Shown: one piece after another, positions 9,585-26,000 of the stretch
Layout of the letters: the number at the start of each line of letters is the position of its first letter
How positions within the stretch are numbered: position 1 is the first letter of the stretch
DNA from: Macrostomum lignano
Taxonomy: Eukaryota
DNA length: 64,000 nucleotides
Reading direction: 5' to 3'
NCBI GenBank assembly: GCA_002269645.1
Contig: NIVC01000085.1
Coordinates: 248,001 to 312,000 of the forward strand
Position numbers and translations under genes: made by a program
Notes under the pieces: model-generated
Databases searched by the model: none
What the model saw: the letters and a program-made list of their open reading frames with translations, nothing else
What the model was told of the DNA's origin: nothing

Positions 9585-9649
9585 ATGATGAAGAATATTT
9601 CGAATTCCTCGTTGTTGAATTAATGTGAAATGAATATAATTGCACCTGA
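9585..9649 (+). ncRNA. Box C/D snoRNA class D
   Basis: ATGATGA...GAATTCCTCGTTG-TTGA...CTGA at 9646. Confidence 0.8.
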
Positions 9650-10114
9650 ATAAAATTTTTGTCTTCTTTAGAGTGGGTTGTTATGGTATTATTAGCTTTT
9701 ATCCCATTTATCAAAGGCCCCATTTTTTATTTTCAGATTTGCTTGAATATGGATATCTAGAAAATTTTAACTACTGTTGGTAAGTAGGATGAACACCGCT
9801 GAAATTAATTTTATCAGTTGCTTTTAGCTTTAAATCTTAACTATAATTTTTTAACCTGTAATTTTAGAGAATGACCAACTGTCTCTACTACAAGTAATTA
9901 TCAGCAGTCGAACCCTGCGTGAAAAGTACATTTTTACCTAGGAAAAGTGCAATGGTGCTCAGAGTCTGAAGAAACTGACATTTTGTTGTACTCGCGTCTT
10001 TCATACTCTTCCTAATTAATCTAGTTTGCGGAAACACTTAAATATACACAAATTTTACTTTACAGCTTTTTATTTCTAACAGTATTGTGTTATACTCTTT
10101 TATAGGGTCAGGTG

Positions 10115-10760
10115 TGAAATGGCCCATGATCACTATGACCACCATGACCCCCAGGTGTGCAATGGTTTATGATCATTATAACCACTATGGCCCCTAGGTG
10201 TACGTTGGTCTATGATCATTATGACCACCATGACCCCCAGGTGTGCAATGGTCCTTCAGGTATGCAATCATCCATAATCATTATGACCACTATGACCCCC
10301 ATGTGTGCAATGGTCCATTGGTCCATGATTACTGACCCCCTGGTGTACAATGGTCCATGACTGACTACTATGACCCCCAGGTGTCCAATGGTCCATGATC
10401 ATTATGACCCCCAGGTGTCCAATGGTCCATGATCATTATGACCCCCAGGTGTGCAATGGTCCATGATCATTATGACCCCCAGGTGTGCAATGGTCCATGA
10501 TCATTATGACCCCCAGGTGTGCAATGGTCCATGATCATCAATATGACCAATATGACCCCAGGTGTGCAATGGTCCATGATCATCAATATGACCAATATGA
10601 CCCCAGGTGTGCAATGGTCCATGATCATTATGACCACTATGACCCCAGGTGTGCAATGGTCCATGATCATTATGACCACTATGACCCCCAGGTGTGCAAT
10701 GGTCCATGATAATTATGCCCACTATGACCCCTAGGTGTGCAATGGTGCATGATCTCCATG
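10115..10760. repeat. Minisatellite (CATGATCATTATGACC...CCCCAGGTGTGCAATGGTC, ~33-45 bp)
   Basis: Tandem array between the snoRNA host and ARF. Confidence 0.9.
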
Positions 10761-10895
10761 GCTCCAGGTTTATATAGTAGAGGATTTAAAGTATGTATGT
10801 ACCGATATGTATCGTAGTAATAATATTTTGTCCTAAAAAACTCCTACCATTCCAGCTCGCAATTCGCACAGCAATTCAATCCAATTAATATTTGA

Positions 10896-15371
<4,476 letters not shown>

Positions 15372-15649
15372 ATCTCATTGATTTCTGATGAAGATAAATC
15401 AGTTCCGCCTAGCGAGGGACAGACTCTAAATTGATAATCTTACACGCCAAACGATTAGTAATAATTTGATGAAAACATTTTCAAAAAAAGACAAAAAACT
15501 AGCAATCTTCGCCCCCCGATGGGGGACATCTGGATAGAATCTCTGTTCTCTACAAGTAACAAAAAGACAGCCAAAAAATCCTTCACAAAGACAACAGACA
15601 AACTGCTCAAATGAAGTGAATTGCAATAAGAAATCTTCCCAAGACCACA

Positions 15650-16320
15650 AGCATCCCCCAGATAGCAAGCATTTTCCAGATAGCAAGCATCCCTCAAATA
15701 GCAAGCATCCCCCAGATAGCAAGCATCCCCCAGATAGCAAGCATCCCCCAGATAGCAAGCATCCCCCAGATAGCAAACATCCCCCAGATAGCAAGCATTC
15801 CCCAGATAGCAAGCATTCCCCAGATAGCAAGCATCCCTCAGATAGCAAGCATACCCCAGATAGCAAGCATCCCCAGATAGCAAGCATCCCCCAGATAGCA
15901 AGCATCCCCCAGATAGCAAACATCCCCCAGATAGCAAGCATTCCCCAGATAGCAAGCATTCCCCAGATAGCAAGCATCCCTCAGATAGCAAGCATACCCC
16001 AAATAGCAAGCATCCCTCAGATAGCAAGCATCCCTCAGATAGCAAGCATCCCCCAGATAGCAAGCATCACTCAGATAGCAAGCATCCCTCAGATAGCAAG
16101 CATCCACCAGATAGCAAGCATCCCCCAGATAGCAAGCATCACTCAGATAGCAAGCATCCCTCAGATAGCAAGCATCCACCAGATAGCAAGCATCCCTCAG
16201 ATAGCAAGCATCCCCCAAATTGCAAGCATCGCCCAGATAGCAAGCATCCCCCAGAAAGCAAGCATCCTCCAAATAGCAAGCATCCCCCAGATAGATAGCA
16301 TCCCCAAATAGCAACCATCC
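15650..16320. repeat. 18-bp minisatellite (CCCCAGATAGCAAGCATC)
   Basis: Tandem array that explains the repetitive ORFs at 15426-16329. Confidence 0.95.
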
Positions 16321-16424
16321 ACCAGACAATAAGTAGCTAGAGCGACAATTTCCTTAGCTTTATAGTGGTTCCTTTAAATTAGCATGGCGCTTTATACCTT
16401 TACATTTGAAATTGTATATCTTGA

Positions 16425-19245
16425 ATGTTTGATATGGTGGCTCTTTTATGTTTGACATAGTGGCTCTTCTATGTTTGACATGGTGGCTCTTCTATGTTTG
16501 ACATGGTGGCTCTTTTATGTTTGACATGGTGGCTCTTTTATGTTTGACATGGTGGCTCTTTTATGTTTGACATGGTGGCTCTTTTATGTTTGACATGGTG
16601 GCTCTTTTATGTTTGATATAGTGGCTCTTCTATGTTTGACATGGTGGCTTTTTTATGTTTGACATAGTGGCTCTTCTATGTTTGACATGGTGGCTTTTTT
16701 AGGTTTGACATGGTGGCTCTTTTATGTTTGACATGTTGGCTTTTTAATGTTCGACATGTTGGCTTTTTAATGTTCGACATGGTGGCTCTTTAATGTTCGA
16801 CATGGTGGCTTTTTAATGTTCGACATGGTGGCTCTTTTAGGTTTGAAATGGTGGCTCCTTAATTTTCGAAATGGTGGCTCTTTTATGTTCGACATGGTGG
16901 CTCTTTAATGTTCGACATGGTGGCTCTTTAATGTTCTTAATGGTGTCTGTTTTATGTTTGACATGGTGGCTCTTTATTGTTCGACATGGTGGCTCTTTAA
17001 TTTTTAACGTGGTAACTCTTTTATGTTTGATATGGTGGCACTTTAATGTTCGACATGGTGGCTCTTTAATGTTTGATAAGGTGGCTCTTTAATGTTCGAC
17101 ATGGTGGCTTTTTAATGTTTGACATGGTGGCTCTTTAATGTTCTTAATGGTGGCTCTTTAATGTTTGACATGGTGGCTCTTTAATTTTTGAAATGGTGGC
17201 TGTTTTATGTTCGACATGGTGGCTCTTTAATTTTTAACATGGTGACTCTTTTATGTTCGATATGGTGGCTCTTTTATGTTTGACATAGTGGCTCCTTTAG
17301 GTTTGAAATGGTGGCTCTTAAATGTTTAACATTGTGGCTCTTTAATTTTCGAAATGGTGGCTCCTTAATTTTCGAAATGGTGGCTCTTTTATGTTTGACA
17401 TGGTGGCTCTTTAATGTTCGACATGGTGGCTCTTTAATGTTCGACATGGTGGCTCTTTAATGTTCTTAATGGTGTCTGTTTTATGTTCGACATGGTGGCT
17501 CTTTTATGTTCGACATGGTGGCTCTTTAATGTTCGACATGGTGGCTCCTTTAGGTTTGAAATGGTGGCTCTTTAATGTTTGACATTGTGGCTCTTTAATA
17601 TTTGACAAGGTGGCTCTTTAATGTTCGACATGGTGGCTCCTTAATTTTCGAAATGGTGGCTCCTTAATTTTCGAAATGGTGGCTGTTTTATGTTTGACAT
17701 GGTGGCTCTTTAATGTTCGACATGGTGGCTCTTTAATGTTCGACATGGTGGCTCTTTAATGTTCTTAATGGTGTCTGTTTTATGTTCGACATGGTGGCTC
17801 TTTTATGTTTCACATGGTGGCTCTTTAATGTTCGACATGGTGGCTCCTTTAGGTTTGAAATTTTGGCTCTTTAATGTTTGACATTGTGGCTCTTTAATGT
17901 TTGACATGGTGGCTTTTTAATGTTCGACATGGTGGCTCTTTTAGGTTTGAAACGGTGGCTCTTTAATGTTTGACATGGTGACTCTTTAATGTTTGACATG
18001 GTGGCTCTTGTATGTTCGACATGGTGGCTCCTTTAGGTTTGAAATGGTGGCTCTTTAATGTTTGACATTGTGGCTTTTTAATGTTTGACATGGTGGCTTC
18101 TTAATGTTTGACATGGTGGCTCTTTTAGGTTTGAAATGGTGGCTCTTTAATATTTGACATGGTGGCTTTTTAATGTTTGACATGGTGGCTCTTTTAGATT
18201 TGAAATGGTGGGTGTTTAATGCTTGACAATGTGGCTCTTTAATGTTTGACATGGCTGCTCTTTAATGTTCGATATGGTGGCTCTTTAATGTTTGACATGG
18301 TATCTCTTGTATGTTTGATATGGTGGCTCTTTTATGTTCAACATGGTGGCTCTTTAATGTTTGACATGGTGGCTTTTGAATGTTCGACATGGTGGCTCTT
18401 TAATGTTTGACATGGTGGCTCTTTTAGGTTTGAAATGGTGGCTCTTTAATGTTCTACATGGTAACTCTTTTATGTTTGATACGGTGGCTTTTTAATGTCT
18501 GACATGTTGTCTCTTTTATGTTTGACATGGTGGCTCTTTAATGTTTGACATGGTAACTCTTTTATGTTTGATATGGTGGCTCTTTTATGTTCGACATGGT
18601 GGCTCTTTAATGTTCGACATGGTGGCTCCTTTAGGTTTGAAATGGTGGCTCTTTAATGTTTGACATTGTGGCTCTTTTATGTTCGACATGGTGGCTCTTA
18701 AATGTTTGACATGGTGGCTCTTTAATGTTTCACATGGTGGCTCTTTAATATTTGACATAAAGTCACATATATGTTTGACATGGTGGCTCCAAATGTTTGA
18801 CATGGTGGCTCTTTATGTTTGACATAGTGGCTCTTTTATGTTCGACATGGTGGATCTTTTTTGTTCTACATGGTAACTCTTTTATGTTTGATACGGTGGC
18901 TTTTTAATGTCTGACATGTTGGCTCTTTTATGTTTGACATGGTGGCTCTTTAATGTTCGACAAAGTGGCTCTTTTATGTTTGACATGGTGGCTCTTAATT
19001 GTTTGACATAGTGGCTCTTTAATGTTCAAAATGGTGGCTCTTTAATGTTTGAAATGGTGGCTCTTTAATGTTCGAAATGGTGGCTGTTTTATGTTTGACA
19101 TGGTGGCTCTTTTATGTTTGACATGGTGGCTCTTTAATGTTCGACATGGTAGCTCTTTAATGTTCGACATGGTGGCTCTTTTATGTTTGACATGGTAACT
19201 CTTTTATGTTCGATATGTTGGCTCTTCTATGTTTGACATTGCGCT
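16425..19245. repeat. 22-23-bp minisatellite (ATGTTTGACATGGTGGCTCTTTA), ~2.8 kb
   Basis: Long tandem array with variant units. Confidence 0.95.
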
Positions 19246-20682
19246 TCTTTGATGTTTAGCAGTTTTGTTGTGTTTTTAAGGTGTTTTAATAAAAAAAATC
19301 TTTTTGCACTACTGAGATTCGAACCCAGGTCGCTACATTATTAGCATTCCAGTCTGTTCGCATCAGGGCTATCTCTTTTCAATTGGAGAACATGAATTGT
19401 GGCCCTTATAATTCAATTCTTACAGCAAGTCAATTGGAGTAAAAAGTTATGACATAATCAATTTCTCAGTCAGCCAGTATCAGTCTCAATTTAAGTTAGC
19501 AATATGGTTACGCAATTTCAATCAAGTCGTGTGTGCATTTCTTCGGCACTGTTTTCAACTTGTTGTGATGCAATCTTTAGCACAATCGGAATTCAGTCAG
19601 TCAGTTTTTTCTCTAGCATTCTTACAATGCATTTCAAGTCGAAAATTTGGCTTGACCTTTGCAAAAAAGCATGTTTATCGAATATTTAATCCCTTTAACA
19701 TTGAGCAATTTCTTAGCCAGGATGCATGTACCGTGCCAGGAAAATTTCTGATCAAATGGTGCAAGTTTGAAGAAAATCGGTTGAGCCAATTTTTCTGAAA
19801 TCTATCGCATACCGACAGACAACTCATTTTTAGTATATAGGATGTGTTAATTTCTACTAGTGAATGGCTGAACAGTAGCTTAACAGGGACACGATTCTCT
19901 TTTTTGTGTTTTTTTATCATAAAATCTATTAATAGTAACAAGTGAGTTATTCAGATTTTTTTGATTTTCTCCCCTTACTAAGTTTCGTTGTTGTTGGCAA
20001 AGATTATAACAAAATCTTGTCTCTCTGATGCCGGCTTTTAAACTTTGTTTTAATTCTGTTGTGTTGCCCCACACCCTCGGATCTGTTTGTCACTCGCTTC
20101 CCCTTCCTTGTGTTTATTCTGTTCCCAACAGTTTTCCTTGTTTTAAATTTGTGATCCCGCTGCGTCAAACATTTGAAATTCCAACAAACAATTCACCGCT
20201 TTTATTCGTGAACAAAAAATAATAAATAACTACTATATAGTAGTACTAAAGAAATGTAGCCTTTTAATTTTTAATTTCCTTTATTCGTTTTTTATGCCAG
20301 ACTGATGTGATGTGATAAATATTTGATTACAATTTAATAATATTGACTAACAACAAATGTCCCTAATTAATACTACTGATGAGAGTAGCAGAGAGCGTTC
20401 TTGACTCCACTTTAATTTATCTGCTTTAATAAGCGAAATAAGTGACTTGTTTAAATGTTCACTCCTACTGAATAGTAGTATTTGCAGTGATCCGACTGCA
20501 GCTGTTTGGCTGTGGCTGAATTTAATAAATATAATCATAAATAATATCCGAATCAAAGTACCATTACTGACGTACAATATTTATTATCTATAACTGATGC
20601 ACTTAAAATGTGGTTATAAATGTGCCTCAAGTTTTCCTCTGCCACTTTCCGTGTCATTGTTTTTATTCAGTGAAATTCTGCA

Positions 20683-21390
20683 TCTCAGTTGCTGAGCAGC
20701 CTCCCAGATCCTCGGTTCCTGGGCCAGCCTCCCAGAGTGTCAGTTGCTGGGCCAGCCTCCCAGACCCTCAGTTGCTGGGCCAGCCTCCCAGATCCCCAGT
20801 TGCTGGGCCAGCCTCCCGGATCCTCAGTTGCTGGGTCAGCCTTTAAGATCCCCAGTTGCTGGGCCAGCCTCCCAGACCCTCAGTTGCTGGGCCAGCCTCC
20901 CAGAGTGTCAGTTGCTGGGCCAGCCTCCCAGACCCTCAGTTGCTGGGCCAGCCTCCCAGAGTGTCAGTTGCTGGGCCAGCCTCCCAGACCCTCAGTTGCC
21001 GGGGCAGCCTCCCAGATCCCCAGTTGCTGGGCCAGCTCCCAGATCCCCAGTTGCTGGGCCAGCCTCCCGGATCCTCAGTTGCTGGGTCAGCCTTTAAGAT
21101 CCCCAGTTGCTGGGCCAGCTCCCAGATCCCCAGTTGCTGGGCCAGCCTCCCGGATCCTCAGTTGCTGGGTCAGCCTTTAAGATCCCCAGTTGCTGGGCCA
21201 GCTCCCAGATCCCCAGTTGCTGGGCGAGCCTCCCAAAGTGTCAGTTGCTGGGCCGGACTGATCCTCGGTTCCTGGGTCAACCCCCAAAGTGTCAGTTGCT
21301 AAGCCAGCCTCCCAGATCCTCAGCTGCTGGGCCAGCCTCCCAGAGTGTCAGTTGCTGAGCCAGCCTCCCAGTTGCTGGGCCAGCCTCCCA
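20683..21390. repeat. Third, dispersed copy of the 28-bp CAGTTGCTGGGCCAGCCTCCC minisatellite
   Basis: Same unit as 4711 and 7153 but different flanks. Confidence 0.9.
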
Positions 21391-21784
21391 AATACTATTT
21401 ATATTTGTCTCCCACCCAGCTGCTAGATGAAGCAGGATTAAGAATTATTTTTTTTGTTTAGCTTTTGCAGAAGTCACCAAATGCACTTGACCCCCCGTGA
21501 TCGATGGCAAAGCATCAACTTGAGTCTTCCGGCCGAGTGTGACAAGAAAGCTAGCGGTTGGCAGTGCAGCTGCGTTACCTGCTATCACACGCTTTTTCGC
21601 ATGCCTTTTCTGTGTAGATCAAGACCAGGTTTCATTTGTTTCCCTCTATGCTCTCTCAATAGGCACATGTTCATATTGCCAGCCTGACTGAAACATTCCC
21701 AAAAGCAGGATTGAGTTGACTGCTTTTGAAACATTACGGTAGAAAAAGATTTCTAACTTTGTAGAGTACCGAATGACGGAAGAA

Positions 21785-21925
21785 ACCCTGAGGGTAGCTA
21801 CTGTGCTCACTGAAGGATCCCTGAGGGTATAGGGTAGCTAGCTGTGCTCACTGAAGAATCCCTGAGGGTAGCTAGCTGTGCTCACTGAAGAATCCCTGAG
21901 GGTAGCTAGCTGTGCTCACTGAAGG
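21785..21925. repeat. ~34-bp tandem repeat x4 (CCTGAGGGTAGCTAGCTGTGCTCACTGAAGAATC)
   Basis: Seen directly. Confidence 0.85.
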
Positions 21926-22321
21926 ACTTAAAACGACTTGTAAAAAGGTAACTGAGGTTCAAACAAGACAAAATTCGTTTTTAAGGGAACACTTACCCCA
22001 ATAGCCTCTTTCAGTCCAATTAATTCCACTAATAATTGAGAATTGAGGCCTGACCACTTTATTGCTTGCACGAGGATTGTTTTATTAAAAAATAGTCACT
22101 CAGCGGCTAACTATGGGATTTATTGGGATTTGGATCTTTTCTCTTCACGGGATCAACTATTTCAGCTCTGGGTGTGCCTTGCAGTTCTGATGAAGCTTCA
22201 TATTTGAGATTTTATGACCCCAATATGCAGGTTATCATGTGGGTGGTGCATGCGGGCTGCAGGGCTCTGGGTGCATGGCTGTTGCTGCGACTCATGCTGC
22301 ACATTTCGGATATGACCGTGA

Positions 22322-22479
22322 GCTGTCTGTCTGCCGGTCTGTCTGTCTGCCTGTCTGTCTGTCTGTCTGCCTGTCTGTCTGTCTGTCTGTCTGTCTGCCT
22401 GTCTGTCTGTCTGTCTGTCTGCCTGTCTGTCTGTCTGTCTGTCTGTCTGTCTGCCTGTCTGTCTGTCTGTCTGTCTGCC

Positions 22480-22516
<37 letters not shown>

Positions 22517-22523
22517 GCCTGCC

Positions 22524-22556
<33 letters not shown>

Positions 22557-22587
22557 GCCTGTCTGTCTGTCTGTCTGTCTGCCTGCC

Positions 22588-22624
<37 letters not shown>

Positions 22625-22641
22625 GCCTGTCTGTCTGTCTG

Positions 22642-22688
<47 letters not shown>

Positions 22689-22735
22689 GTCTGTCTGTCT
22701 GTTTGTCTGTCTGTGTCTGTCTGTCAGTCTGTCTG

Positions 22736-22808
<73 letters not shown>

Positions 22809-22810
22809 GC
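22322..22810. repeat. (TCTG)n microsatellite
   Basis: Seen directly. Confidence 0.95.
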
Positions 22811-23023
22811 ACATTTACATAATATTTCACCAGCAATGGATTAAAAAGATGAGGAACCGTTTCAGTCACTTCGGCATAAAACCCGAGTGGAATGACAAAA
22901 ATGCTGAATAAAAGTGCTTGTACATTAAAATGAAATTTTTCATGAAAATTATTAATATTCAGAGAATTTCTAGTGAAACAGAATTCAGATGAGCAGATAA
23001 ATTATTGCATATTGGCTGGGAAC

Positions 23024-26000
23024 TCAAAATAGGATGAAGTGTCCCCAATAGCAGACAAAGAATACTGCAAATGACAGAGGGAACAGAATCCGAGAGCCCT
23101 TGTCCACTTTGCGGGCCAGTTGACGAGAGTTTGGGGCCCAGGCCTTCCAGTCTCCGTAGGTGTACTCGTTGACTAGCTTCTTGGCCTGTGGTGGCGGGTG
23201 GCGGGCGGTTGGCTTGTTTAGATATGTACACAGGTAGCTCAGATATGCACAGGTAGCTTAGATATGTACACGGATAGCTTAGATATGTACACGGATAGCT
23301 TAGATATGTACACGGGTAGCTTAGATATGTGCATAGATAGCTTAGATATGTTAACAGGTAGCTTAGATATGTACACGGGTAGCTTAAATATGTACACAGG
23401 TAGCTCAAATATGTACACAGGTAGCTTGGATATGTACACGGTTAGCTTAACCCAGGTAGCTTAGATATGTACACGGGTAGCTTAGATATGTACACAGGTA
23501 GCTTAGATATGTACACGGGTAGCTTAGATATGTACACAGGTAGCCCAAATATGTACACAGGTAGCTTAGATATGTACACGGTTAGCTTAACCCAGGTAGC
23601 TTAGATATGTACACGGGTAGCTTAGATATGTACACAGGTAGCTTAGATATGTACACGGGTAGCTTAGATATGTTAACAGGTAGCTTAGATATGTACACAG
23701 GTAGCTCAAATATGTACACAGGTAGCTTAGATATGTACACGGTTAGCTTAACCCAGGTAGCTTAGATATGTACACGGGTAGCTTAGATATGTACACAGGT
23801 AGCTTAGATATGTGCACAGATAGCTTAGATATGTTAACAGGTAGCTTAGATATGTACACGGGTAGCTTAAATATGTACACAGGTAGCTCAAATATGTACA
23901 CAGGTAGCTTAGATATGTACACGGTTAGCTTAACCCAGGTAGCTTAGATATGTACACGGGTAGCTTAGATATGTACACACGTAGCTTAGATATGTACACG
24001 GGTAGCTTAGATATGTACACAGGTAGCTCAAATATGTACACAGGTAGCTTAGATATGTACACGGTTAGCTTAACCCAGGTAGCTTAGATATGTACACAGG
24101 TAGCTTAGATATGTATGCAGGTAGCTTAGATATGTACACGGGTGGCCTCAAGATTACACGGGTAGCTTAGATATGTACACAGGTAGCTTAGCTATGTTCA
24201 CAGGTAGCTTAGATATGTACACAGGTAGCTTAGATATGTACACAGGTAGCTTAGATATGTACCCAGGTGGCCTGAATATGTACACAGGTAGCTTAGATAT
24301 GTACACAGGTAGCTTAGATATGTACCCAGGTGGCCTGAATATGTACACAGGTAGCTTAGATATGTACACAGGTGGCCTCAAGATGTACACACAGGCAGCA
24401 CAGGTGACTCACCATCATCGGAGTAAACGCCGTCCCGCCGTCTGCACCAACCTCATCTCCATCCGGGTTCCCCGATCCATTGTTCGTCTTGGCTGCCGCC
24501 GCTGCCCTTCTCACCCGGGTTGTCACACGCCGGATCTCATTCCTGGCCATCGTGTTCACCATCGCGAACTCCACCATGGCCCCGAACACGTACATCACCG
24601 TGACGCCCATCCAGATGTCTATGGCCTTGATATAGGACGCCTTTGGCAGAGTCATCCACAGTCCCATTGACTGGGTGGTCATTGATAGGACGGTCATAAC
24701 GCCTGGGGATTGAGGCATGAGTGCTTCAGTGAGTGAGTCATCATGGAGTGTGAATGAGCTGGAAATTGATTATGAATTAGTGTTAGAGATGAACTTTTGG
24801 ATTATGAAGTATGAAGTATTATTGAGTTATGAATTATGAAATATGAATGGGTTATGAATTATTAAATATGAATGGGTTATGAATAATGAAATATGATCAG
24901 GTTATGAATTATGAGATATGAATGGGTTTTGAATTATGAAATATAATTGGATTATGACTTATGAAGTATGACTGGGTTTTGAATTATGAAGTATGGCTGG
25001 GTTATGAATTATGAAGTATGACTGGTTTATGAATTATGAAATATGAATGGGTTATGAATTATGAAATATGATTGGGTTATGAATTATAAAATATGAATGG
25101 GTTATGAATTATGAAATATGACTGGGTTATGAATTATGAAATATGACTGGGTTATGAATTATGAAATATGATTGGGTTATGAATTATAAAATATGAATGG
25201 GTTATGAATTATGAAATATGACTGGGTTATGAATTATAAAATATGATTGGGTTATGAATTATGAAACGTGATCAGGTTATGAATTATGAAGTATGACTGG
25301 GTTATGAATTATGAAATATGAATGGGTTATGAATTATGAAATATGACTGGGTTATGAATTATAAAATATGATTGGGTTATGAATTATGAAACGTGATCAG
25401 GTTATGAATTATGAAGTATGACTGGGTTATGAATTATGAAATATGATTGGATTATGAATTATGAAAACAAAGAACAGCTGCTTGAGTACTGCTCAGTCCT
25501 ACAGACTAGGAGCTGGTGAAAACGGCCAAGCAAATATTTGACTATAGGCAAAAGTAAAAGAGACGCTGTCAGAAATTCAAATACTACACGGCTACCTGTC
25601 TGTCTTGACTGACACTGTAAAGCGGAGGTCCTACAGAAGTCAGAGTAATCCAAGCCGCCAGCCCCGCACTGAGTCAATAACTCAAGTTTTTTATCTTGTT
25701 AAAGTTAAGCCTTCGCTGCTCGAAAATAGTAAGAACTTTGCCGACCAGATCTTAAGCTGTCAGACGTCTTGAACTGATTGGATTAATATGCACACACGGT
25801 CTCTGTGCCACTTTTCAGAAATGCTTTTTAAGCCTTTTAAAGTCCGGATGTGACAGACTGACCGCTCGAGTGATCCCCATTCGAGTTAAAACGATCAACT
25901 TTTCACTGACTTTTATCGGAGAAAATACGAAATAAGTTGGTGATAGTTTTTAAAGTGAAAAAGCCAGACTATTGGAACTACGGGGATTAAGAAATGCAGG

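Larger units (their letters stand above)
1013..9941 (+). ncRNA. Non-coding multi-exon snoRNA host gene (GAS5/UHG-like architecture)
   Basis: More than 20 short exons (~27-73 nt) bounded by polypyrimidine-AG and GT(A/G)AG-type sites, e.g. 1427-1478, 1712-1763, 2349-2411, 2650-2691, 3175-3237, ~3455-3484, ~3718-3781, ~4041-4075, ~4314-4352, ~4588-4660, ~6207-6242, ~6483-6516, ~6720-6768, ~8971-9008, ~9218-9244, ~9493-9531, ~9737-9779. No sustained ORF. Almost every intron holds one C/D-box unit. The true 5' and 3' ends are not determined. Confidence 0.85.

Noticed and set aside
19298-19350. tRNA-like B box (minus strand GGGTTCGAATCTC)
   Set aside because: No cloverleaf or acceptor stem; at most a SINE relic.
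22198-22325. GC-rich exon-like patch beside the (TCTG)n array
   Set aside because: No convincing splice-site pair or protein similarity in any frame.
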